From Promethearchaeota archaeon (GTDB lineage: Archaea; Asgardarchaeota; Lokiarchaeia; Sigyniarchaeales; SOKP01), in assembly GCA_019058365.1 (NCBI GenBank), contig JAHPZE010000040.1:1-30071 (forward strand): 30,071 nt of DNA, written 5' to 3'. The notes beneath the pieces were generated by a model that did no database searches, was not told where the DNA came from, and saw only the letters and a program-made list of their open reading frames with translations. Position 1 is the stretch's first letter; each line of letters begins with the position of its first letter. Below are positions 9,535 through 18,625 of this stretch, in pieces. A program made the position numbers and the translations under genes.

Positions 9535-11276
9535 AACCCATCACTTTTTTTATGAACAATTTCTCTGGCTTTTTCAAAAATTTCAATTGTATTAACTCCA
9601 GCGGGACATTTAATTTGACAGAGTCCACATAAAGTACAAGCATGTAAAACATCAATTATTAAATCATTTAACTCTAAATCACCGTGGACTAGACCATTTA
9701 AGAGGTTTAAACGACCTCTTGGACTATAGGTTTCTAAATGATAATCCATTCTTGATGGACATGAAATACAAAAGCCACATCTCATACATTTTAATTCTAA
9801 AATACTTTCACTTTGATTTTCAAGGGTACGCTTTTGATTTTTAATATTTAACATCCGCGTATCCCCTTTCCCAATTCCAGGATTTAAGATCATATTAGGA
9901 TCAAAGAGTTTTTTAATTTGTACCATCAAGTCAATTACTTCAGATCCATGTTCTAATTCTAGATATGGTGTTTTGATTTTTCCGATTCCGTGTTCACCGG
10001 TCAAAGTTCCGCCTGCGGGTATTATTATGGCTCTATATAAATAATCTATTGCTTTTTCAAAATCTTTTACGTCTTGTTCATCATTTTCATTAAATAAAAA
10101 TGTGGGATGCAGATTTCCTTCCATATGGCAGATAATTGCCACTAATAAATTTTTAGCATTAATTTTTTTAGGGATTGCTTCAATTTTCTTAATTACATCA
10201 GAAAATTCAGAAATTTGAATTGTACAATCTTCCACACATGTGTTTGGTCTGACTCTTGAAAGAGCTGGAAGATTAGCTTTCCTTGCGAGGATTAACCTTT
10301 CTCTTTCCTCTTCATTCATAGCAATTTTATGGAATATCGGATTTTTTTGAATAATAATATCAAACATAATAGAAAATGCTTCATTAACATCTAGTTTAGA
10401 ATTTCCATCTACTTCAGCTAATAATACATATCCCGGAGGAAAATCATAGAATTCGCCACCTAAATATTCGGTAACAGCTTTTAAAATAAGTTTATCCATG
10501 AACTCAAGTAAATTGGGCACGATACCACTTCGTCTAAGTTCTAGAACTGCATTTTTCAAATCATCAACATTTTCAAATATGAACAAACCCAATTTCCTAG
10601 CTTTAGGTAATGGTCTGATCCGCAAGCCAATTTTTGTAATAACTCCTAATGTACCTTCAGAACCGATAAATAAATCTTTAATATTATACGAAGAAACTGA
10701 TTTTAAGACCTTTGACCCTAAATTTAAAATCTGTCCATCTGGCAATACTACTTCTAAATACATAACATAATTTTTAGTAACCCCATATTTGAATGCTTGA
10801 ATCCCTCCAGCATTATTTGCGACCATTCCCCCTATAGTAGCAACAGAACTTGAACCTGGATCTGGAGGAAAAAAGTATCCATACGGCTTCAAAGTCTCAT
10901 TTAACTCATCACAAATTACTCCTGGCTCAACTTCTACAAAATTATTTTCAATGTTTATTGTAAGAATCTCATTCATCTGACTTAAATCCAAGATTACACC
11001 ACCATATGGACTTAATGAACCAGAAGATAAACTCGTACCGCTACCTCGAGGGGTTATTGGGATATTATTCTTATTTGATAATTTTAATATCTCAGAAATT
11101 TGTTTAGTATTTTGAGGAATTAATATTAAATCAGGAACCCAGTTTTTATTAAAGATTGAACAGCCGAAAGCATAGCTATATCTAATTTCATAATTGTTAA
11201 AAAAAAAATTTTCTCCAACAATATTCTTGAATTCATTTAATAGTTCTTCAGAGATTTTGTTATATTGAGGGTCCAT
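9531..11276 (-). CDS. FAD-linked 2-hydroxyacid (D-lactate/glycolate, GlcD-like) dehydrogenase with a C-terminal 2x[4Fe-4S] domain
   Basis: PRGSGTSL, PPDPGS, TIGGMVANNAGG, GSEGTLGVIT, GNLHP, GEHGIGKIK, FDPNMILNPG, then CMRCGFCISCP and CTLCGLCQIKCP. Confidence 0.9.
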   Translation of the reverse strand: MDPQYNKISEELLNEFKNIVGENFFFNNYEIRYSYAFGCSIFNKNWVPDLILIPQNTKQISEILKLSNKNNIPITPRGSGTSLSSGSLSPYGGVILDLSQMNEILTINIENNFVEVEPGVICDELNETLKPYGYFFPPDPGSSSVATIGGMVANNAGGIQAFKYGVTKNYVMYLEVVLPDGQILNLGSKVLKSVSSYNIKDLFIGSEGTLGVITKIGLRIRPLPKARKLGLFIFENVDDLKNAVLELRRSGIVPNLLEFMDKLILKAVTEYLGGEFYDFPPGYVLLAEVDGNSKLDVNEAFSIMFDIIIQKNPIFHKIAMNEEERERLILARKANLPALSRVRPNTCVEDCTIQISEFSDVIKKIEAIPKKINAKNLLVAIICHMEGNLHPTFLFNENDEQDVKDFEKAIDYLYRAIIIPAGGTLTGEHGIGKIKTPYLELEHGSEVIDLMVQIKKLFDPNMILNPGIGKGDTRMLNIKNQKRTLENQSESILELKCMRCGFCISCPSRMDYHLETYSPRGRLNLLNGLVHGDLELNDLIIDVLHACTLCGLCQIKCPAGVNTIEIFEKAREIVHKKSDGL

Positions 11277-11462
11277 ATCAGAATTATTTACGTTAAGGTT
11301 TTATAATATTTAGTTAAACGACTTTAGATATATTTTATTCTTTTAGAAATAAATCTCATTTCAAATCTTATCAATTTATTTTTATAATCGAAAAAAATTT
11401 AAGATTAGTTTGATTTTTTAATTATGACTAGCAAAATAAGTAAAATATAAAAGGAAAAAAGA

Positions 11463-11786
11463 ATGAACCCAACAGATAAGAAACAATCAGTAATTAAAGA
11501 TGAATTTAAAGAACTTCCACTTCTTACTAAAAATCACTTACTAACTTCGAATAATATGGAAAATATTATCAATAATCTGTCAAAACCACGATTTTTAGGA
11601 TCCATTCATATGAAAAATGAAGCTAAACCTAATTCTAACTTGGTTGAAAACCTACTCGAAAATGAACTAAAATTAAAGATGACTAAATCATTAAAAAGTA
11701 CGTTATTCAATCCCGTAACAAAGATCTTGATTTTATTAGCAATCATTTTTAATCTTACTTGGCTTTTGCTCGTTTACATTTTATAG
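11463..11786 (+). CDS. Hypothetical protein with a single C-terminal transmembrane helix (tail-anchored topology)
   Basis: Soluble N-part followed by ILILLAIIFNLTWLLLVYIL at the extreme C-terminus; AAAGGA upstream of the ATG. Confidence 0.6.
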   Translation: MNPTDKKQSVIKDEFKELPLLTKNHLLTSNNMENIINNLSKPRFLGSIHMKNEAKPNSNLVENLLENELKLKMTKSLKSTLFNPVTKILILLAIIFNLTWLLLVYIL

Positions 11787-11965
11787 TACTAAAGCATAAA
11801 GTTAATAAAAAAGCCAGAAAAATGTTTAAATAAATTTAAATCTTGCAAATTAGACTTATTTTCCCTTTAATAAATTTACAAGGTATTTATATTTTTTAAG
11901 ATTAGATTTTAATAACCATTACTATTATTTGTAATAATAATATTAATTGAAAGGTTATTACATAA

Positions 11966-13438
11966 TTGATTTATGATGTTATAATTATTGGAGGCGGTGT
12001 CACCGGCTGTTGTATAGCACGTACGCTTTCAAAATATGATTTGAACATTTGTTTATTAGAAAAGGAGGCAGAAGTTGCTTCTGGAACCACTAAAGCTAAT
12101 TCTGGGGTAATCCATGCTGGTTATGCGGCTCAAAGAGAATATATTAAGCGGTATCTATGTATTAAAGGAAATAAATTATATACTCAAGCGGCAAAGGAAT
12201 TGAATTTCCCATTCAAACGAATTGGTTCCTTTGTAGTAGCATTAGAGGATAATCAGATTGAACACTTAGAAGAAGAAAGAAAAAAAGGCACTGAGGATGG
12301 CATTCCGGGACTAGAGGTCATATTAGACAAAAAGAAGATAAAAGAAATGGAACCAAATTTAACAGATGAAGTGGTTGGAGTTTTATATGCTCCTTCTGCA
12401 GGGCTTGCTAGTCCATATGAATTAACATTTGCCTTGGCTGAAAATGCTGCTATGAATGGGGTAAAGTTTTTCAGAAATCATGAAGTTGTTAAAATAAAGC
12501 ATCAGGATTATATTTTTAATGTAAGGACATATAAAGGTGAATTTCAGACACGAAATCTAATTAATGCTGCTGGTTTGTATGCTGAAAAAATTTCTAGAAT
12601 GTTAGGTTTAGATTATTTTAGTATAATGCCAAGAAAGGGCGAGTATATCCTTTTTGATCGTAATGCTCTTCAATTAAATAAGATTCTATTCCCAATTCCT
12701 ACGAAAGTATCAAAAGGGATATTAGTTTGCCCAACATTGCATGGAAATACTTTTGTAGGGCCTAATGCTCAAAATCTAACTGATCCTGAGGATGTCTCAA
12801 CAACTACCGCGGGGCTAAAAGAAATTTTAGAAGGTGGATTGAAATTAGTTCCTGGTATCCCTGCAAGAAGCTCAATTAGAAATTTTGCGGGATTAAGAGC
12901 AGTTTCCGATACGTACGATTTTATAATTGATAATACAGATATATATGGTTTTATTAATGTAGCAGGGATTTTATCCCCAGGTCTGACAGCAACTTTTGCA
13001 ATCGCAGAAAAGGTTATTGAATTCCTGGAATTATTAGGAGTAGAATTAAATGTGAAGGAAGATTATAACCCAATTCGCCCCAAACCAGAAAGATTTAAAG
13101 ATTTCACTAAAAATGAACTCGATCAAAAAATACAAGAAGATCCAGCGTGGGGGAGAATTATTTGTCGATGTGAAACTATCCCTGAAAAAGAAATAATTAA
13201 TGCAATTCATGCTCCAGTAGGAGCTACTACTGTAGATGGAGTTAAATTCCGATGTAGACCCGGTATGGGAAGATGCCAAGGTGGATTCTGTCGCCCTCGT
13301 GTTATAGAGATCCTTTCTAGAGAACTAAACAAATCTTATGAAGAAATTACAAAGAGAGGAGAAGACACTAATATTATAGTTGGCAAAACAAAAGATTTCC
13401 TATTAAAAAATGAAAGGAGAGGTGCTAAGGGAGAATGA
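11966..13438 (+). CDS. FAD-dependent oxidoreductase, GlpA/LhgO-like glycerol-3-phosphate dehydrogenase with a C-terminal BFD-like [2Fe-2S] domain
   Basis: IIGGGVTG, TTKANSGVIHAG, SPGLTA; C-terminal CRCE...R.GMGRCQGGFC. TTG start. Confidence 0.85.
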   Translation: MIYDVIIIGGGVTGCCIARTLSKYDLNICLLEKEAEVASGTTKANSGVIHAGYAAQREYIKRYLCIKGNKLYTQAAKELNFPFKRIGSFVVALEDNQIEHLEEERKKGTEDGIPGLEVILDKKKIKEMEPNLTDEVVGVLYAPSAGLASPYELTFALAENAAMNGVKFFRNHEVVKIKHQDYIFNVRTYKGEFQTRNLINAAGLYAEKISRMLGLDYFSIMPRKGEYILFDRNALQLNKILFPIPTKVSKGILVCPTLHGNTFVGPNAQNLTDPEDVSTTTAGLKEILEGGLKLVPGIPARSSIRNFAGLRAVSDTYDFIIDNTDIYGFINVAGILSPGLTATFAIAEKVIEFLELLGVELNVKEDYNPIRPKPERFKDFTKNELDQKIQEDPAWGRIICRCETIPEKEIINAIHAPVGATTVDGVKFRCRPGMGRCQGGFCRPRVIEILSRELNKSYEEITKRGEDTNIIVGKTKDFLLKNERRGAKGE

Positions 13439-14733
13439 GAAAACTCAAAGTAGATGTTGCTATTATAGGTGGTGGATCTGCGGGGTTAGCTGCTGCTATA
13501 GTTGTTAAAAAAGCAGAATTAGATGTCTTAATATTAGAAAGAGATAAAGAACTAGGAGGAATAACTCTCCAATGCATTCATAATGGATTTGGACTTCATG
13601 AATTTGAAGAAGAATTAACTGGTCCAGAATATGTTCAAAGATTTATAAATCAAGCTAAGGATCTTACCATTCCTTATAAACTAGATACAATGGTAATTGA
13701 AATTACCCCAGATAAAATAATATATGCTGTAAATAAAAAGGAAGGACTTATTGAAATTAAAGCAAAAGCTATAATCCTTGCTATGGGATGTCGTGAAAGG
13801 ACACGGGGAGCAATTAATATTCCTGGTTTTCGACCCGCTGGAATTTATACAGCGGGACAAGCTCAAAGATTTGTTAACATTGAAGGCTACCTCCCGGGTA
13901 GAACATATGTTATATTAGGAAGTGGAGATATTGGTATGATTATGGCTCGTCGTTTAACCTGGGAAGGTTGTCAAGTTAAAGCTGTGGTGGAAATTCAACC
14001 TTATGTAAGTGGTTTAATAAGAAATGAAGTACAATGTTTAGAAGATTATGGAATTCCATTGATAACCAGTTATACTGTAACAAAGATTCATGGAAAGGAG
14101 AGAGTTCAAGGAATAACAATATCAAAAGTAGATAGAAATTTTGATAGAGTCATAGGATCTGATAAATTTATCGAATGTGATACGCTTCTATTATCCGTTG
14201 GACTAATTCCTGAAAATGAGTTAACTAGAGAAGCGGGAGCGGAGATTTCACATATGGGAGGTCCAGTTGTGGATAATAATCTAGAGACCACAATTGAGGG
14301 AATTTTTGCATGTGGTAATGTTCTACAAGTACATGATTTAGTAGATTTGGTAACAGCAGAAGCAAAAAGAGCCGGTTTAAATGCTATTGAGTATGTTAAG
14401 GAAAGATATGTAAAGAAAATTAAAGAAAAAGATCAAATAAAATGTATTCCAGGTGAAAATGTTAATTATATAAAGCCAGATTTGATTAATCGGGCTGATA
14501 CGGCTAAAGATATAATTTTTACGTTTAGAGTCAAGCGACCTGATCGTAGACTTCTTATCCAATTTAAAGATGAAAACAACAAGATTATTTTTAAACGAAA
14601 GAGGTTATATGTTATTCCTAGCGAAATGCTTGAATTAAAAATAAATTTAAGTGAACACCAAATAGACCTCGATTGTAAAAACTTGGAGGTAGAAGTAATT
14701 CCTCGGCCTGAGGTTTTAATTGAAGAAGATTAA
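13435..14733 (+). CDS. Pyridine nucleotide-disulfide oxidoreductase, partner subunit of the GlpA-like complex
   Basis: IIGGGSAGLAAA, GGITLQCIHNGFG, LAMGCRER, ILGSGDIG, GIFACGNV. ATGA overlap with the previous gene. Confidence 0.85.
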   Translation: MRKLKVDVAIIGGGSAGLAAAIVVKKAELDVLILERDKELGGITLQCIHNGFGLHEFEEELTGPEYVQRFINQAKDLTIPYKLDTMVIEITPDKIIYAVNKKEGLIEIKAKAIILAMGCRERTRGAINIPGFRPAGIYTAGQAQRFVNIEGYLPGRTYVILGSGDIGMIMARRLTWEGCQVKAVVEIQPYVSGLIRNEVQCLEDYGIPLITSYTVTKIHGKERVQGITISKVDRNFDRVIGSDKFIECDTLLLSVGLIPENELTREAGAEISHMGGPVVDNNLETTIEGIFACGNVLQVHDLVDLVTAEAKRAGLNAIEYVKERYVKKIKEKDQIKCIPGENVNYIKPDLINRADTAKDIIFTFRVKRPDRRLLIQFKDENNKIIFKRKRLYVIPSEMLELKINLSEHQIDLDCKNLEVEVIPRPEVLIEED

Positions 14734-14750
14734 TTTAAAAGGTAATTAAA

Positions 14751-15134
14751 ATGTCAGAATCAAAAATCCCAGAAGGAAGTAAAGATATACGTTGTATTGT
14801 GTGTCCCACCGGCTGTCTTGTGCATGTTGAGAATATCTCCGGAGAGCTTATTATTGAAGGGCACTCCTGTAAAAGGGGTGAAGAATACGCAAGAGAAGAA
14901 TTTATATCTCCAAAAAGAATTCTTACAACAACTATGAGAGTAGAAAAAGGTTTTTTACCTTTAATACCAGTTAGATCAGATAAACCAATCCCAAAAGACA
15001 AATTAGAGGAAAGCTTGAAATTAATCGCACAAACACAAACTAAAGCCCCTATCAAAATGGGTGACACTCTTATTGAACATATACTTGGACTTGATATTAA
15101 TATAATTGCAAGTAGAGATTTAATTGAAATTTGA
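14751..15134 (+). CDS. DUF1667-family small Cys-rich subunit
   Basis: CIVCPTGC...G.SC.RG.EYA..E...P.R.LTTT, the typical third gene of this operon type. Confidence 0.8.
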   Translation: MSESKIPEGSKDIRCIVCPTGCLVHVENISGELIIEGHSCKRGEEYAREEFISPKRILTTTMRVEKGFLPLIPVRSDKPIPKDKLEESLKLIAQTQTKAPIKMGDTLIEHILGLDINIIASRDLIEI

Positions 15135-15334
15135 TAATTTAACATTTAAATGGTATTTATCGAATAACAAGAAGTTTTTTACTCTCTTTTTTTTTAAGGA
15201 GTAACTCTTAAATTTTTCATAAATTGATTTTTTCCATACTTTCATTTTACTAAAATATATAAAATCAAACTAAGATTAGAATGTTAAAAAAATTAGAATA
15301 AATTTTTAAAAATAAAATTCAAAGGAGACATATT

Positions 15335-15709
15335 TTGTCAGAATTCGAACAAAAAGTATTGAAATTGCTTGAAGATATTAATGGTAAACTTGATAAATTA
15401 TTAAAACCTGAGCTCTCTTCCCTAAGTTCGGTACCAACACCTTCGGTTGCGTCTGCTCCAGTAGCTACTACAGTCAAACCCTCAACAATTGTTGAAAAAC
15501 AAGAGGAAGAAGCACGTATGGAAGAGAAACCTCCTGTTGAAGGCAGAAGAATCTGTCCAGAGTGTGGAGGGACAGCTTTTGCCACACATGAAGACAGAGA
15601 CCAAGTATTGCATCAAATGGGCGGCGTAAAAATTTATGCAAAATGTAATTTATAAAAAGTTACATGCAGAAAAAAATACATTTGTAAACAATGTGGATAT
15701 GAATACTAA
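15335..15709 (+). CDS. Short helix + P/S/T-rich linker + Zn-ribbon protein, interrupted by an in-frame 30-nt stop-containing insertion (pseudogene or recoded/spliced gene)
   Basis: AGGAG at 15323-15327 and TTG start. The frame reads ...CPECGG...KIYAK-CNL*KVTCRK-KYICKQCGYEY* (TAA 15653-15655, final TAA 15707-15709). The second CxxCG knuckle lies after the internal stop. Confidence 0.75.
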
Positions 15710-15740
15710 TATACGCGCTCATTAAATAAGAATATAACAA

Positions 15741-15771
15741 TTTTCTTTTTATTTTCTCTTTTTTTTTTTTT
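15741..15771 (+). terminator. Oligo-T archaeal terminator-like tract
   Basis: TTTTCTTTTTATTTTCTC plus 13 T, about 30 nt after the 15709 stop. Confidence 0.5.
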
Positions 15772-15930
15772 AATGATTCTTATTATATATCTTCCTATAA
15801 GCAAATTCAGTTAGATTTTTAATTTCATTATACTTTAAATTCTTAATCATTAATTTTATTCGTATATACGGTGTAATATCTAATTCCTCAAAAGAGAATT
15901 AAGACGTGGATTCAATACATTAGAAACTTT

Positions 15931-16965
15931 GTGTTAAATAATTTTACTAATCAAAAATTACCATATTCAGCTCAGATAGAATTAACATTGCGTTGTAATG
16001 GGAAGTGTTCTTTTTGTTCAATCCATTCTTTACCAGAATCCATTTTAGGAACAGATATGACAACAGAGCAAATAAAATCTCTTATCGATGAATTAGCTAA
16101 CTTAGGTGTACTTGCCCTTTCTTTTACAGGTGGAGAACCTACAATTAGAAAAGATTTGCCAGAATTAATATATCATACTGGTGTAGTTCATAATTTCATG
16201 AACGGTATGGCTACAAACGGATATTTATTACCGAAATTGTTTAAAGAACATAAGATTGAAGGCTTAGATTATGCTTTAATCTCGTTAGATTATCCAACTG
16301 CAGAATTACATGATAAAATGCGAGGAATTAAAGTGTATGATAAGGTTATCGAAGCAATTCATTTAGCAAATAAAAATGACATCAAAGTTATTATTAGTAC
16401 AGTGGTCATGAAAGATAACATTCATTTAATGGATGATATGTGCCAATTAGCTGAAAAGTTAGGATGTTCGATTGAAATTTATCCATGTGAAGATATAATT
16501 CGGGATTACCCAAGTAAAAGTTATCATATCCACGAGATTCAAGAAATTATGCCAGATATATCTTTATGGGCTAATCAAATTCGAATATTAAGAAAAAAAT
16601 ATCATAATATATTAACAGATCCTATAAGTGTTGAGGTAGTTAAAAAAGGCTTTGGAGGATACCCAAATTATAATCAAAACATATTACGCTGTCATGTAGC
16701 GGAAGCTTATTTATTCATTAGTCATGATGGATTTATTAGCTATCCATGCAAAATTCACCCGATAATTAAATTTAATGCTTTAAAATATCCAGTATCTACG
16801 ATTTATTATTCTGATAAAGTGAAAGAAATAATGAAAATGCATGATAATTATCCTTTCTGTAATAAATGTCGGTTAGGTTGTGCTATAGCATCGTCAATCC
16901 CGACTCGATGGAAAACTGTATATGCTAAATATGTTAAAGGATTTATAGATGGTGGATTAAGATAA
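15931..16965 (+). CDS. Radical SAM protein with a C-terminal SPASM/twitch-like Cys cluster
   Basis: CNGKCSFC (CxxxCxxC), FTGGEP, ATNG, ISLD, HDKMRG; C-terminal C...G.ISYPC...CNKCRLGC. The true start may lie further upstream (frame open from 15877). Confidence 0.88.
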   Translation: MLNNFTNQKLPYSAQIELTLRCNGKCSFCSIHSLPESILGTDMTTEQIKSLIDELANLGVLALSFTGGEPTIRKDLPELIYHTGVVHNFMNGMATNGYLLPKLFKEHKIEGLDYALISLDYPTAELHDKMRGIKVYDKVIEAIHLANKNDIKVIISTVVMKDNIHLMDDMCQLAEKLGCSIEIYPCEDIIRDYPSKSYHIHEIQEIMPDISLWANQIRILRKKYHNILTDPISVEVVKKGFGGYPNYNQNILRCHVAEAYLFISHDGFISYPCKIHPIIKFNALKYPVSTIYYSDKVKEIMKMHDNYPFCNKCRLGCAIASSIPTRWKTVYAKYVKGFIDGGLR

Positions 16966-17082
16966 TAGGTTTTATTACATATTATTAGTTTTTATATCAG
17001 GATTTATATGGATGAATAAAGTCAATAATGAATTCAAAAAATTTAATTTTAAATATAATTTTCCTAATATAGTGATTGTATT

Positions 17083-17721
17083 ATGTCAGATGGAGTAATT
17101 ATTATCCAAATTATGTTTATAACTATTGGTATGATAATCCTAGGGATGATTCTTAATTATATATTAGGATTAAGAAAACAAGCGTTAAGTGAAATGAGGA
17201 AAAAAGCATTGAATATCCAAGAACGTATTAGAAACGCTCAACTTACAGGTGATTATCAATTGTTAGCACAAACACAGCAAGAATCAGTTCAATATATGAA
17301 ACAAATGATGAAAAAACAACTAGTACCAATGTGCTTTAGATGTATAATTTTTCTTGGTATATTTGCTATTCTTGGATTTGTCTATGCCGATTATGGAAGT
17401 GGGTTGTTACCCTTCCCAATCCTTTTTTTTGGCGATGGGTGGATTGCTATTTATATTCTTTTTTCACTTGGCTTTTCTTTACTAATATATGGGGTAAAAA
17501 AGTTATATAAAAAGATTACAGGAAAGGGCACAAAAACACAGAGTTATTTAAAAGAAATTATGGGGATGGTCTCCCCAACTCAACAAGATAATAGACTTCC
17601 TTTTCAGATGTCGTCTAATATCCAGACTCGTTTAGACTATTCTGGTGATATAACTCCTGAAAGTAAAAGTGAAGACTTATCATCAAAAAAAGATTCTTGG
17701 AAAAAACGCATTGAAGATTAA
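17083..17721 (+). CDS. DUF106 / EMC3-TMCO1-Get1 (Oxa1 superfamily) membrane insertase-like protein
   Basis: TM1, a cytosolic Q/K/M-rich coiled coil, TM2 starting LVPM, and TM3 with W..IYILFS. This is the three-TM Oxa1-superfamily layout. Confidence 0.7.
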   Translation: MSDGVIIIQIMFITIGMIILGMILNYILGLRKQALSEMRKKALNIQERIRNAQLTGDYQLLAQTQQESVQYMKQMMKKQLVPMCFRCIIFLGIFAILGFVYADYGSGLLPFPILFFGDGWIAIYILFSLGFSLLIYGVKKLYKKITGKGTKTQSYLKEIMGMVSPTQQDNRLPFQMSSNIQTRLDYSGDITPESKSEDLSSKKDSWKKRIED

Positions 17722-17771
17722 AAGAATAAAATAATTTAAATTTGTTAATCGCTCTTTATTTTAAAATAACA

Positions 17772-18065
17772 ATGAATCGAAATAATGTTTTAAATCTGCT
17801 TTTTATTGGATTATTTATACTATTTGCTATTTTATCATTTACTATTGATTTTTTTTTCTTTATCCCAATTATTTGCTTTTTACCTTTCTCATTTAGAACT
17901 ACCCGTCAAAATAAAATTGATCCTGAAAATAGAACAACTAAGAATTTTTTTTTCCAGAATTCTAAAAGCGTAATAATCAGATATTGCCCGAGATGTGGCG
18001 GAGAAATTTCAAAATCGATTGCAAAATTTTGTTATCATTGTGGGGAAAAATTAAATAAAATATAA
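17772..18065 (+). CDS. Membrane-anchored Zn-ribbon protein
   Basis: ATG 17772 is preferred over TTG 17742. Hydrophobic N-terminal hairpin, then YCPRCG...KFCYHCGEKL. Confidence 0.7.
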   Translation: MNRNNVLNLLFIGLFILFAILSFTIDFFFFIPIICFLPFSFRTTRQNKIDPENRTTKNFFFQNSKSVIIRYCPRCGGEISKSIAKFCYHCGEKLNKI

Positions 18066-18079
18066 TATGAGGGCATATT

Positions 18080-18559
18080 ATGTCAGAAAATAATGCTATA
18101 AAAAGACAAATGACGCTCTATCTTGTTTTTGCAGCAGTAATGATAGGACTCAACTATTTAATTCAAAAATTAAACCAATTAGTTATAGCGCCCTTTATTT
18201 GTCAAACTTATGGCACGATCGAATTTTTCCATATATTTTATTGTTCAACTGAAACGTTTAAAATGCCAGAACTAATTGGTTCTATATTTGCTGTTGGAAT
18301 TACATATATCATCAAGTTTTTCTTAGATAAATTTATAGTTTTTAAAAAAACTGGGACAGAATTAAAAGAAACTTCTATAGAATTTATTAAATATTTTGGA
18401 TTTGCTATTATAACAACGATTGAGAATATCGGAATTCAATTCTTGTTAACTAACTTTCTCAATACACCCCTAGAGATAAGCTTTATTATAGCACTTACCA
18501 TTGGATATCTAACAAAATTCTGGCTAGATCGCAAATGGGTATTTTTGAAAAAAACTTAA
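18080..18559 (+). CDS. GtrA-like four-TM membrane protein
   Basis: Internal duplication ITYIIKFFLDKFIVF / IGYLTKFWLDRKWVF and the EFIKYFGFA pattern. Confidence 0.65.
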   Translation: MSENNAIKRQMTLYLVFAAVMIGLNYLIQKLNQLVIAPFICQTYGTIEFFHIFYCSTETFKMPELIGSIFAVGITYIIKFFLDKFIVFKKTGTELKETSIEFIKYFGFAIITTIENIGIQFLLTNFLNTPLEISFIIALTIGYLTKFWLDRKWVFLKKT

Positions 18560-18625
18560 TAGAATATACGGTGTTTTTAATTATATATAAAAAAATTTAA
18601 TAGAATAAAAGGTGTTGTTAAACAT

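Noticed and set aside
15653-15655. Selenocysteine or pyrrolysine readthrough as the explanation for the internal stop
   Set aside because: The stop is TAA, not TGA or TAG, and readthrough would leave 10 extra residues absent from the paralogous domain.
15335-16965. Small Cys-containing protein plus radical SAM/SPASM enzyme as a RiPP cluster
   Set aside because: The small protein's cysteines form a Zn ribbon shared with the gelsolin, a terminator-like tract separates the genes, and no RRE, peptidase or transporter is seen.
15864-18574. Exact 11-mer ATATACGGTGT in two intergenic regions (15864-15874, 18564-18574)
   Set aside because: 11-mer matches are expected by chance in 30 kb of AT-rich DNA, and the spacing to the downstream genes is not clearly consistent.
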